From the NCBI GenBank assembly GCA_032718475.1, contig JAUCBJ010003901.1, forward strand, positions 5,531-69,530: 64,000 bases of DNA, given 5' to 3'. Shown here one piece after another: positions 15,001 to 30,000 of this stretch. Position numbers and translations under genes: made by a program. This DNA comes from Nemertoderma westbladi (taxonomy: Eukaryota > Animalia > Xenacoelomorpha). Under the pieces are notes generated by a model. The model was given only the letters and a program-made list of their open reading frames with translations. It was not told where the DNA came from and searched no databases. Position 1 is the first letter of the stretch. Each line of letters begins with the position of its first letter.

Positions 15001-18000
15001 CGGATATCGGTAGGCCCTACTGTTTATCTGATATACTGTTTGTTATACAAATATCGGATATCGGTAGGCCTTACTGTTTATCTGATATACTGTTTGTTAT
15101 ACAAATATCGGATATCGGTAGGCCCTACTGTTTATCTGATATACTGTTTGTTATACAAATATCGGATATAGGTAGGCCCTACTGTTTATCTGATATACTG
15201 TTTGTTATACAAATATCGGATATCGGTAGGCCCTACTGTTTATCTGATATACTGTTTGTTATACAAATATCGGATATCGGTAGGCCCTACTGTTTATCTG
15301 ATATACTGTTTGTTATACAAATATCGGATATCGGTAGGCCCTACTGTTTATCTGATATACTGTTTGTTATACAAATATCGGATATCGGTAGGCCCTACTG
15401 TTTATCTGATATACTGTTTGTTATACAAATATCGGATATCGGTAGGCCCTACTCTTTATCTGATATACTGTTTGTTATACAAATATCGGATATCGGTAGG
15501 CCCTACTGTTTATCTGATATACTGTTTGTTATACAAATATCGGATATCGGTAGGCCTTACTGTTTATCTGATATACTGTTTGTTATACAAATATCGGATA
15601 TAGGTAGGCCCTACTGTTTATCTGATATACTGTTTATCTGATATACTGTTTGTTATACAAATATCGGATATCGGTAGGCCCTACTGTTTATCTGATATAC
15701 TGTTTGTTATACAAATATCGGATATAAGTAGACCCTATTGTTTATCTGATATACTGTTTGTTATACAAATATCTGATATCGGTAGGCCCTACTGTTTATC
15801 TGATATACTGTTTGTTATACAAATATCGGATATAGGTAGGCCCTACTGTTTATCTGATATACTGTTTGTTATACAAATATCGGATATAGGTAGGCCCTAC
15901 TGTTTGTCTGATATACTGTTTGTTATACAAATATCGGATATCGGTAGGCCCTACTGTTTATCTGATATACTGTTTGTTATACAAATATCGGATATAGGTA
16001 GGCCCTACTGTTTATCTGATATACTGTTTGTTATACAAATATCGGATATCGGTAGGCCCTACTGTTTATCTGATATACTGTTTGTTATACAAATATCGGA
16101 TATCGGTAGGCCTTACTGTTTATCTGATATACTGTTTGTTATACAAATATCGGATATAGGTAGGCCCTACTGTTTATCTGATATACTGTTTGTTATACAA
16201 ATATCGGATATCGGTAGGCCCTACTGTTTGTCTGATATACTGTTTGTTATACAAATATCGGATATCGGTAGGCCCTACTGTTTATCTGATATACTGTTTG
16301 TTATACAAATATCGGATATAGGTAGGCCCTACTGTTTATCTGATATACTGTTTGTTATACAAATATCGGATATAGGTAGGCCCTACTGTTTATCTGATAT
16401 ACTGTTTGTTATACAAATATCGGATATCGGTTGGCCCTACTGTTTATCTGATATACTGTTTGTTATACAAATATCGGATATCGGTAGGCCCTACTGTTTA
16501 TCTGATATACTGTTTGTTATACAAATATCGGATATAGGTAGGCCCTACTGTTTATCTGATATACTGTATATCTGATATACTGTTTGTTATACAAATATCG
16601 GATATCGGTAGGCCCTACTGTTTATCTGATATACTGTTTGTTAAACAAATATCGGATATCGGTAGGCCCTACTGTTTATCTGATATACTGTTTGTTATAC
16701 AAATATCGGATATAGGTAGGCCCTACTGTTTATCTGATATACTGTATATCTGATATACTGTTTGTTATACAAATATCGGATATAGGTAGGCCCTACTGTT
16801 TATCTGTTATACTGTTTGTTATACAAATATCGGATATCGGTAGGCCCTACTGCTTATCTGATATACTGTTTGTTATACAAATATCGGATATCGGTAGGCC
16901 CTACTGTTTATCTGATATACTGTTTGTTATACAAATATCGGATATCGGTAGGCCCTACTGTTTATCTGATATACCGTTTGTTATACAAATATCGGATATC
17001 GGTAGGCCCTACTGTTTATCTGATATACTGTTTGTTATACAAATATCGGATATCGGTAGGCCCTACAGTTTATCTGATATACTGTTTGTTATACAAATAT
17101 CGGATATCGGTAGGCCCTACAGTTTATCTGATATACTGTTTGTTATACAAATATCGGATATCGGTAGGCCCTACTGTTTATCTGATATACTGTTTGTTAT
17201 ACAAATATCGGATATCGGTAGGTCCTACTGTTTATCTGATATACTGTTTGTTATACAAATATCGGATATCGGTAGGCCCTACTGTTTATCTGATATACTG
17301 TTTGTTATACAAATATCGGATATCGGTAGGCCTTACTGTTTATCTGATATACTGTTTGTTATACAAATATCGGATATCGGTAGGTCCTACTGTTTATCTG
17401 ATATACTGTTTGTTATACAAATATCGGATATAGGTAGGCCCTACTGTTTATCTGATATACTGTTTATCTGATATACTGTTTGTTATACAAATATCGGATA
17501 TCGGTAGGCCCTACTGTTTATCTGATATACTGTTTGTTATACAAATATCGGATATAAGTAGGCCCTATTGTTTATCTGATATACTGTTTATCTGATATAC
17601 TGTTTGTTATACAAATATCGGATATCGGTAGGCCCTACTGTTTATCTGATATACTGTTTGTTATACAAATATCGGATATCGGTAGGCCTTACTGTTTATC
17701 TGATATACTGTTTGTTATACAAATATCGGATATAGGTAGGCCCTACTGTTTAATACTGTTTGTTATACAAATATCGGATATCGGTAGGCCCTACTGTTTA
17801 TCGATATACTGTTTGTTATACAAATATCGGATATCGGTAGGCCCTACTGTTTGTCTGATATACTGTTTGTTATACAAATATCGGATATCGGTAGGCCCTA
17901 CTGTTTATCTGATATACTGTTTGTTATACAAATATCGGATATCGGTAGGCCTTACTGTTTATCTGATATACTGTTTGTTATACAAATATCGGATATAGGT

Positions 18001-21000
18001 AGGCCCTACTGTTTAATACTGTTTGTTATACAAATATCGGATATCGGTAGGCCCTACTGTTTATCGATATACTGTTTGTTATACAAATATCGGATATCGG
18101 TAGGCCCTACTGTTTGTCTGATATACTGTTTGTTATACAAATATCGGATATCGGTAGGCCCTACTGTTTATCTGATATACTGTTTGTTATACAAATATCG
18201 GATATAAGTAGGCCCTATTGTTTATCTGATATACTGTTTGTTATACAAATATCGGATATCGGTAGGCCCTACTGTTTATCTGATATACTGTTTGTTATAC
18301 AAATATCGGATATCGGTAGGCCCTACTGTTTATCTGATATACTGTTTGTTATACAAATATCGGATATAGGTAGGCCCTACTGTTTATCTGATATACTGTT
18401 TGTTATACAAATATCGGATATCGGTAGGCCCTACTGTTTATCTGATATACTGTTTGTTATACAAATATCGGATATCGGTAGGCCCTACTGTTTATCTGAT
18501 ATACTGTTTGTTATACAAATATCGGATATCGGTAGGCCCTACTGTTTATCTGATATACTGTTTGTTATACAAATATCGGATATCGGTAGGCCCTACTGTT
18601 TATCTGATATACTGTTTGTTATACAAATATCGGATATCGGTAGGCCCTACTGTTTATCTGATATACTGTTTGTTATACAAATATCGGATATAGGTAGGCC
18701 CTACTGTTTATCTGATATACTGTATATCTGATATACTGTTTGTTATACAAATATCGGATATCGGTAGGCCCTGCTGTTTATCTGATATACTGTTTGTTAT
18801 ACAAATATCGGATATCGGTAGGCCCTACTGTTTATCTGATATACTGTTTGTTATACAAATATCGGATATAGGTAGGCCCTACTATTTATCTGATATACTG
18901 TATATCTGATATAGTGTTTGTTATACAAATATCGGATATAGGTAGGCCCTACTGTTTATCTGATATACTGTTTGTTATATAAATATCGGATATCGGTAGG
19001 CCCTACTGTTTATCTGATATTCTGTTTGTTATACAAATATCGGATATCGGTAGGTCCTACTGTTTATCTGATATACTGTTTATCTGATATACTGTTTGTT
19101 ATACAAATATCGGATAGGTAGGCCCTACTGTTTATCTGATATACTGTTTGTTATACAAATATCGGATAGGTAGGCCCTACTGTTTATCTGATATACTGTT
19201 TGTTATACAAATATCGGATAGGTAGGCCCTACTGTTTATCTGATATACTGTTTGTTATACAAATATCGGATAGGTAGGCCCTACTGTTTATCTGATATAC
19301 TGTTTGTTATACAAATATCGGATAGGTAGGCCCTACTGTTTATCTGATATACTGTTTGTTATACAAATATCGGATATCGGTAGGTCCTACTGTTTATCTG
19401 ATATACTGTTTATCTGATATACTGTTTGTTATACAAATATCGGATATCGGTAGGCCTTACTGTTTATCTGATATACTGTTTGTTATACAAATATCGGATA
19501 TAGGTAGGCCCTACTGTTTATCAGATATACTGTTTGTTATAGAAATATCGGATATAGGATGGCCCTACTGTTTATCTGATATACTGTTTGTTATACAAAT
19601 ATCGGATATCGGTAGGTCCTACTGTTTATCTGATATACTGTTTGTTATACAAATATCGGATATCGGTAGGCCTTACTGTTTATCTGATATACTGTTTATC
19701 TGATATACTGTTTGTTATACAAATATCGGATATAGGTAGGCCCTACTGTTTATCTGATATATTGTTTGTTATAAAAATATCGGATATCGGTAGGCCCTAC
19801 TGTTTATCTGATATACTGTTTATCTGATATACTGTTTGTTATACAAATATCGGATATAGGTAGGCCCTATTGTTTATCTGATATACTGTTTGTTATACAA
19901 ATATCGGATATCGGTAGCTACTGTTTATCTGATATGCTGTTTGTTATACAAATATCGGATATCGGTAGGCCCTACTGTTTATCTGATATACTGTTTGTTA
20001 TACAAATATCGGATATCGGTAGGCCCTACTGTTTATCTGATATACTGTTTATCTGATATACTGTTTGTTATACAAATATCGGTAGGCCCTACTGTCTATC
20101 TGATATACTGTTTATATGATATACTGTTTGTTATACAAATATCGGATAGGTAGGCCCTACTGTTTATCTGATATTTTGTTTGTTATACAAATATCGGATA
20201 TAGGTAGGCCCTAATGTTTATCTGATATACTGTTTATCTGATATACTGTTTGTTATACAAATATCGGATATCGGTAGGCCATACTGTTTATCTGATATAC
20301 TGTTTGTTATACAAATATCGGATATAGGTAGGCCCTAATGTTTATCTGATATACTGTTTGTTATACAAATATCGGATATCGGTAGGCCCTACTGTTTATC
20401 TGATATACTGTTTGTTATACAAATATCGGATATCGGTAGGCCCTACTGTTTATCTGATATACTGTTTGTTATACAAATATCGGATATAGGTAGGCCCTAC
20501 TGTTTATCTGATATACTGTTTGTTATACAAATATCGGATATCGGTAGGCCCTACTGTTTATCTGATATACTGTTTGTTATACAAATATCGGATATCGGTA
20601 GGCCCTACTGTTTATCTGATATACTGTTTGTTATACAAATATCGGATATCGGTAGGCCCTACTGTTTATCTGATATACTGTTTGTTATACAAATATCGGA
20701 TATCGGTAGGCCCTACTGTTTATCTGATATACTGTTTGTTATACAAATATCGGATATCGGTAGGCCCTACTCTTTATCTGATATACTGTTTGTTATACAA
20801 ATATCGGATATCGGTAGGCCCTACTGTTTATCTGATATACTGTTTGTTATACAAATATCGGATATCGGTAGGCCCTACTGTTTATCTGATATACTGTTTG
20901 TTATACAAATATCGGATATCGGTAGGCCCTACTGTTTATCTGATATACTGTTTGTTATACAAATATCGGATATCGGTAGGCCCTACTGTTTATCTGATAT

Positions 21001-24000
21001 ACTGTTTGTTATACAAATATCGGATATCGGTAGGCCCTACTCTTTATCTGATATACTGTTTGTTATACAAATATCGGATATCGGTAGGCCCTACTGTTTA
21101 TCTGATATACTGTTTGTTATACAAATATCGGATATAGTTAGGCCCTACTGTTTATCTGATATACTGTTTGTTATACAAATATCGGATATAGGTAGGCCCT
21201 ACTGTTTATCTGATATACTGTTTGTTATACAAATATCGGATATCGGTAGGCCCTACTGTTTATCTGATATACTGTTTGTTATACAAATATCGGATATCGG
21301 TAGGCCCTACTGTTTATCTGATATACTGTTTGTTATACAAATATCGGATATCGGTAGGCCCTACTCTTTATCTGATATACTGTTTGTTATACAAATATCG
21401 GATATCGGTAGGCCCTACTGTTTATCTGATATACTGTTTGTTATACAAATATCGGATATCGGTAGGCCTTACTGTTTATCTGATATACTGTTTGTTATAC
21501 AAATATCGGATATAGGTAGGCCCTACTGTTTATCTGATATACTGTTTATCTGATATACTGTTTGTTATACAAATATCGGATATAGTTAGGCCCTACTGTT
21601 TATCTGATATACTGTTTGTTATACAAATATCGGATATAAGTAGACCCTACTGTTTATCTGATATACTGTTTGTTATACAAATATCGGATATCGGTAGGCC
21701 TTACTGTTTGTCTGATATACTGTTTGTTATACAAATATCGGATATAGGTAGGCCCTACTGTTTATCTGATATACTGTTTGTTATACAAATATCGGATATA
21801 GGTAGGCCCTACTGTTTGTCTGATATACTGTTTGTTATACAAATATCGGATATCGGTAGGCCCTACTGTTTATCTGATATACTGTTTGTTATACAAATAT
21901 CGGATATAGGTAGGCCCTACTGTTTATCTGATATACTGTTTGTTATACAAATATCGGATATCGGTAGGCCCTACTGTTTATCTGATATACTGTTTGTTAT
22001 ACAAATATCGGATATCGGTAGGCCTTACTGTTTATCTGATATACTGTTTGTTATACAAATATCGGATATAGGTAGGCCCTATTGTTTATCTGATATACTG
22101 TTTGTTATACAAATATCGGATATCGGTAGGCCCTACTGTTTGTCTGATATACTGTTTGTTATACAAATATCGGATATCGGTAGGCCCTACTGTTTATCTG
22201 ATATACTGTTTGTTATACAAATATCGGATATAGGTAGGCCCTACTGTTTATCTGATATACTGTTTGTTATACAAATATCGGATATCGGTTGGCCCTACTG
22301 TTTATCTGATATACTGTTTGTTATACAAAAATCGGATATCGGTAGGCCCTACTGTTTATCTGATATACTGTTTGTTATACAAATATCGGATATAGGTAGG
22401 CCCTACTGTTTATCTGATATACTGTATATCTGATATACTGTTTGTTATACAAATATCGGATATCGGTAGGCCCTACTGTTTATCTGATATACTGTTTGTT
22501 ATACAAATATCGGATATCGGTAGGCCCTACTGTTTATCTGATATACTGTTTGTTATACAAATATCGGATATAGGTAGGCCCTACTGTTTATCTGATATAC
22601 TGTATATCTGATATACTGTTTGTTATACAAATATCGGATATAGGTAGGCCCTACTGTTTATCTGTTATACTGTTTGTTATACAAATATCGGATATCGGTA
22701 GGCCCTACTGCTTATCTGATATACTGTTTGTTATACAAATATCGGATATCGGTAGGCCCTACTGTTTATCTGATATACTGTTTGTTATACAAATATCGGA
22801 TATCGGTAGGCCCTACTGTTTATCTGATATACCGTTTGTTATACAAATATCGGATATCGGTAGGCCCTACTGTTTATCTGATATACTGTTTGTTATACAA
22901 ATATCGGATATCGGTAGGCCCTACAGTTTATCTGATATACTGTTTGTTATACAAATATCGGATATCGGTAGGCCCTACAGTTTATCTGATATACTGTTTG
23001 TTATACAAATATCGGATATCGGTAGGCCCTACTGTTTATCTGATATACTGTTTGTTATACAAATATCGGATATCGGTAGGTCCTACTGTTTATCTGATAT
23101 ACTGTTTGTTATACAAATATCGGATATCGGTAGGCCCTACTGTTTATCTGATATACTGTTTGTTATACAAATATCGGATATCGGTAGGCCTTACTGTTTA
23201 TCTGATATACTGTTTGTTATACAAATATCGGATATCGGTAGGTCCTACTGTTTATCTGATATACTGTTTGTTATACAAATATCGGATATAGGTAGGCCCT
23301 ACTGTTTATCTGATATACTGTTTATCTGATATACTGTTTGTTATACAAATATCGGATATCGGTAGGCCCTACTGTTTATCTGATATACTGTTTGTTATAC
23401 AAATATCGGATATAAGTAGGCCCTATTGTTTATCTGATATACTGTTTATCTGATATACTGTTTGTTATACAAATATCGGATATCGGTAGGCCCTACTGTT
23501 TATCTGATATACTGTTTGTTATACAAATATCGGATATCGGTAGGCCTTACTGTTTATCTGATATACTGTTTGTTATACAAATATCGGATATAGGTAGGCC
23601 CTACTGTTTAATACTGTTTGTTATACAAATATCGGATATCGGTAGGCCCTACTGTTTATCGATATACTGTTTGTTATACAAATATCGGATATCGGTAGGC
23701 CCTACTGTTTGTCTGATATACTGTTTGTTATACAAATATCGGATATCGGTAGGCCCTACTGTTTATCTGATATACTGTTTGTTATACAAATATCGGATAT
23801 AGGTAGGCCCTACTGTTTATCTGATATACTGTTTGTTATACAAATATCGGATATCGGTAGGCCTTACTGTTTATCTGATATACTGTTTGTTATACAAATA
23901 TCGGATATAGGTAGGCCCTACTGTTTAATACTGTTTGTTATACAAATATCGGATATCGGTAGGCCCTACTGTTTATCGATATACTGTTTGTTATACAAAT

Positions 24001-27000
24001 ATCGGATATCGGTAGGCCCTACTGTTTGTCTGATATACTGTTTGTTATACAAATATCGGATATCGGTAGGCCCTACTGTTTATCTGATATACTGTTTGTT
24101 ATACAAATATCGGATATAAGTAGGCCCTATTGTTTATCTGATATACTGTTTGTTATACAAATATCGGATATCGGTAGCTACTGTTTATCTGATATACTGT
24201 TTGTTATACAAATATCGGATATCGGTAGGCCCTACTGTTTATCTGATATACTGTTTGTTATACAAATATCGGATATCGGTAGCTACTGTTTATCTGATAT
24301 ACTGTTTGTTATACAAATATCGGATATCGGTAGGCCCTACTGTTTATCTGATATACTGTTTGTTATACAAATATCGGATATAAGTAGGCCCTATTGTTTA
24401 TCTGATATACTGTTTGTTATACAAATATCGGATATCGGTAGCTACTGTTTATCTGATATACTGTTTGTTATACAAATATCGGATATCGGTAGGCCCTACT
24501 GTTTATCTGATATACTGTTTGTTATACAAATATCGGATATCGGTAGGCCCTACTGTTTATCTGATATACTGTTTGTTATACAAATATCGGATATCGGTAG
24601 GCCCTACTGTTTATCTGATATACTGTTTGTTATACAAATATCGGATATCGGTAGGCCCTACTGTTTATCTGATATACTGTTTGTTATACAAATATCGGAT
24701 ATCGGTAGCTACTGTTTATCTGATATACTGTTTGTTATACAAATATCGGATATCGGTAGGCCCTACTGTTTATCTGATATACTGTTTGTTATACAAATAT
24801 CGGATATCGGTAGGCCCTACTGTTTATCTGATATACTGTTTGTTATACAAATATCGGATATCGGTAGGCCCTACTGTTTATCTGATATACTGTTTATCTG
24901 ATATACTGTTTGTTATACAAATATCGGATATCGGTAGCTACTGTTTATCTGATATACTGTTTGTTATACAAATATCGGATATCGGTAGGCCCTACTGTTT
25001 ATCTGATATACTGTTTGTTATACAAATATCGGATATAAGTAGGCCCTATTGTTTATCTGATATACTGTTTGTTATACAAATATCGGATATCGGTAGGCCC
25101 TACTGTTTAATACTGTTTGTTATACAAATATCGGATATCGGTAGGCCCTACTGTTTATCGATATACTGTTTGTTATACAAATATCGGATATCGGTAGGCC
25201 CTACTGTTTGTCTGATATACTGTTTGTTATACAAATATCGGATATCGGTAGGCCCTACTGTTTATCTGATATACTGTTTGTTATACAAATATCGGATATC
25301 GGTAGGCCTTACTGTTTATCTGATATACTGTTTGTTATACAAATATCGGATATAGGTAGGCCCTACTGTTTAATACTGTTTGTTATACAAATATCGGATA
25401 TCGGTAGGCCCTACTGTTTATCGATATACTGTTTGTTATACAAATATCGGATATCGGTAGGCCCTACTGTTTGTCTGATATACTGTTTGTTATACAAATA
25501 TCGGATATCGGTAGGCCCTACTGTTTATCTGATATACTGTTTGTTATACAAATATCGGATATAAGTAGGCCCTATTGTTTATCTGATATACTGTTTGTTA
25601 TACAAATATCGGATATCGGTAGCTACTGTTTATCTGATATACTGTTTGTTATACAAATATCGGATATCGGTAGCTACTGTTTATCTGATATACTGTTTGT
25701 TATACAAATATCGGATATCGGTAGGCCCTACTGTTTATCTGATATACTGTTTGTTATACAAATATCGGATATAAGTAGGCCCTATTGTTTATCTGATATA
25801 CTGTTTGTTATACAAATATCGGATATCGGTAGCTACTGTTTATCTGATATACTGTTTGTTATACAAATATCGGATATCGGTAGGCCCTACTGTTTATCTG
25901 ATATACTGTTTGTTATACAAATATCGGATATCGGTAGGCCCTACTGTTTATCTGATATACTGTTTGTTATACAAATATCGGATATCGGTAGGCCCTACTG
26001 TTTATCTGATATACTGTTTGTTATACAAATATCGGATATCGGTAGCTACTGTTTATCTGATATACTGTTTGTTATACAAATATCGGATATCGGTAGGCCC
26101 TACTGTTTATCTGATATACTGTTTGTTATACAAATATCGGATATAGGTAGGCCCTACTGTTTATCTGATATACTGTTTGTTATACAAATATCGGATATCG
26201 GTAGCCTACTGTTTATCTGATATACTGTTTGTTATACAAATATCGGATATCGGTAGGCCCTACTGTTTATCTGATATACTGTTTGTTATACAAATATCGG
26301 ATATCGGTAGGCCCTACTGTTTATCTGATATACTGTTTGTTATACAAATATCGGATATCGGTAGGCCCTACTGTTTATCTGATATACTGTTTGTTATACA
26401 AATATCGGATATCGGTAGGCCCTACTGTTTATCTGATATACTGTTTGTTATACAAATATCGGATATCGGTAGGCCTACTGTTTATCTGATATACTGTTTG
26501 TTATACAAATATCGGATATCGGTAGCTACTGTTTATCTGATATACTGTTTGTTATACAAATATCGGATATCGGTAGGCCCTACTGTTTATCTGATATACT
26601 GTTTGTTATACAAATATCGGATATCGGTAGGCCCTACTGTTTATCTGATATACTGTTTGTTATACAAATATCGGATATCGGTAGCCTACTGTTTATCTGA
26701 TATACTGTTTGTTATACAAATATCGGATATCGGTAGGCCCTACTGTTTATCTGATATACTGTTTGTTATACAAATATCGGATATCGGTAGGCCCTACTGT
26801 TTATCTGATATACTGTTTGTTATACAAATATCGGATATCGGTAGGCCCTACTGTTTATCTGATATACTGTTTGTTATACAAATATCGGATATCGGTAGGC
26901 CCTACTGTTTATCTGATATACTGTTTGTTATACAAATATCGGATATCGGTAGGCCCTACTGTTTATCTGATATACTGTTTGTTATACAAATATCGGATAT

Positions 27001-30000
27001 CGGTAGGCCCTACTGTTTATCTGATATACTGTTTGTTATACAAATATCGGATATAGGTAGGCCCTACTGTTTATCTGATATACTGTTTGTTATACAAATA
27101 TCGGATATCGGTAGGCCTACTGTTTATCTGATATACTGTTTGTTATACAAATATCGGATATCGGTAGGCCCTACTGTTTATCTGATATACTGTTTGTTAT
27201 ACAAATATCGGATATCGGTAGGCCCTACTGTTTATCTGATATACTGTTTGTTATACAAATATCGGATATCGGTAGGCCCTACTGTTTATCTGATATACTG
27301 TTTGTTATACAAATATCGGATATCGGTAGGCCCTACTGTTTATCTGATATACTGTTTGTTATACAAATATCGGATATCGGTAGGCCCTACTGTTTATCTG
27401 ATATACTGTTTGTTATACAAATATCGGATATCGGTAGGCCCTACTGTTTATCTGATATACTGTTTGTTATACAAATATCGGATATCGGTAGGCCCTACTG
27501 TTTATCTGATATACTGTTTGTTATACAAATATCGGATATCGGTAGGCCCTACTGTTTATCTGATATACTGTTTGTTATACAAATATCGGATATCGGTAGG
27601 CCCTACTGTTTATCTGATATACTGTTTGTTATACAAATATCGGATATCGGTAGGCCCTACTGTTTATCTGATATACTGTTTGTTATACAAATATCGGATA
27701 TCGGTAGGCCCTACTGTTTATCTGATATACTGTTTGTTATACAAATATCGGATATCGGTAGGCCCTACTGTTTATCTGATATACTGTTTGTTATACAAAT
27801 ATCGGATATCGGTAGGCCCTACTGTTTATCTGATATACTGTTTGTTATACAAATATCGGATATCGGTAGGCCTACTGTTTATCTGATATACTGTTTGTTA
27901 TACAAATATCGGATATCGGTAGGCCCTACTGTTTATCTGATATACTGTTTGTTATACAAATATCGGATATCGGTAGGCCCTACTGTTTATCTGATATACT
28001 GTTTGTTATACAAATATCGGATATCGGTAGGCCCTACTGTTTATCTGATATACTGTTTGTTATACAAATATCGGATATCGGTAGGCCCTACTGTTTATCT
28101 GATATACTGTTTGTTATACAAATATCGGATATCGGTAGGCCCTACTGTTTATCTGATATACTGTTTGTTATACAAATATCGGATATCGGTAGGCCCTACT
28201 GTTTATCTGATATACTGTTTGTTATACAAATATCGGATATCGGTAGGCCCTACTGTTTATCTGATATACTGTTTGTTATACAAATATCGGATATCGGTAG
28301 GCCCTACTGTTTATCTGATATACTGTTTGTTATACAAATATCGGATATCGGTAGGCCCTACTGTTTATCTGATATACTGTTTGTTATACAAATATCGGAT
28401 ATCGGTAGGCCCTACTGTTTATCTGATATACTGTTTGTTATACAAATATCGGATATCGGTAGGCCCTACTGTTTATCTGATATACTGTTTGTTATACAAA
28501 TATCGGATATCGGTAGGCCCTACTGTTTATCTGATATACTGTTTGTTATACAAATATCGGATATCGGTAGGCCCTACTGTTTATCTGATATACTGTTTGT
28601 TATACAAATATCGGATATCGGTAGGCCCTACTGTTTATCTGATATACTGTTTGTTATACAAATATCGGATATCGGTAGGCCCTACTGTTTATCTGATATA
28701 CTGTTTGTTATACAAATATCGGATATCGGTAGGCCCTACTGTTTATCTGATATACTGTTTGTTATACAAATATCGGATATCGGTAGGCCCTACTGTTTAT
28801 CTGATATACTGTTTGTTATACAAATATCGGATATCGGTAGGCCCTACTGTTTATCTGATATACTGTTTGTTATACAAATATCGGATATCGGTAGGCCCTA
28901 CTGTTTATCTGATATACTGTTTGTTATACAAATATCGGATATCGGTAGGCCCTACTGTTTATCTGATATACTGTTTGTTATACAAATATCGGATATCGGT
29001 AGGCCCTACTGTTTATCTGATATACTGTTTGTTATACAAATATCGGATATCGGTAGGCCCTACTGTTTATCTGATATACTGTTTGTTATACAAATATCGG
29101 ATATCGGTAGGCCCTACTGTTTATCTGATATACTGTTTGTTATACAAATATCGGATATCGGTAGGCCCTACTGTTTATCTGATATACTGTTTGTTATACA
29201 AATATCGGATATCGGTAGGCCCTACTGTTTATCTGATATACTGTTTGTTATACAAATATCGGATATCGGTAGGCCCTACTGTTTATCTGATATACTGTTT
29301 GTTATACAAATATCGGATATCGGTAGGCCCTACTGTTTATCTGATATACTGTTTGTTATACAAATATCGGATATCGGTAGGCCCTACTGTTTATCTGATA
29401 TACTGTTTGTTATACAAATATCGGATATCGGTAGGCCCTACTGTTTATCTGATATACTGTTTGTTATACAAATATCGGATATCGGTAGGCCCTACTGTTT
29501 ATCTGATATACTGTTTGTTATACAAATATCGGATATCGGTAGGCCCTACTGTTTATCTGATATACTGTTTGTTATACAAATATCGGATATCGGTAGGCCC
29601 TACTGTTTATCTGATATACTGTTTGTTATACAAATATCGGATATCGGTAGGCCCTACTGTTTATCTGATATACTGTTTGTTATACAAATATCGGATATCG
29701 GTAGGCCCTACTGTTTATCTGATATACTGTTTGTTATACAAATATCGGATATCGGTAGGCCCTACTGTTTATCTGATATACTGTTTGTTATACAAATATC
29801 GGATATCGGTAGGCCCTACTGTTTATCTGATATACTGTTTGTTATACAAATATCGGATATCGGTAGGCCCTACTGTTTATCTGATATACTGTTTGTTATA
29901 CAAATATCGGATATCGGTAGGCCCTACTGTTTATCTGATATACTGTTTGTTATACAAATATCGGATATCGGTAGGCCCTACTGTTTATCTGATATACTGT

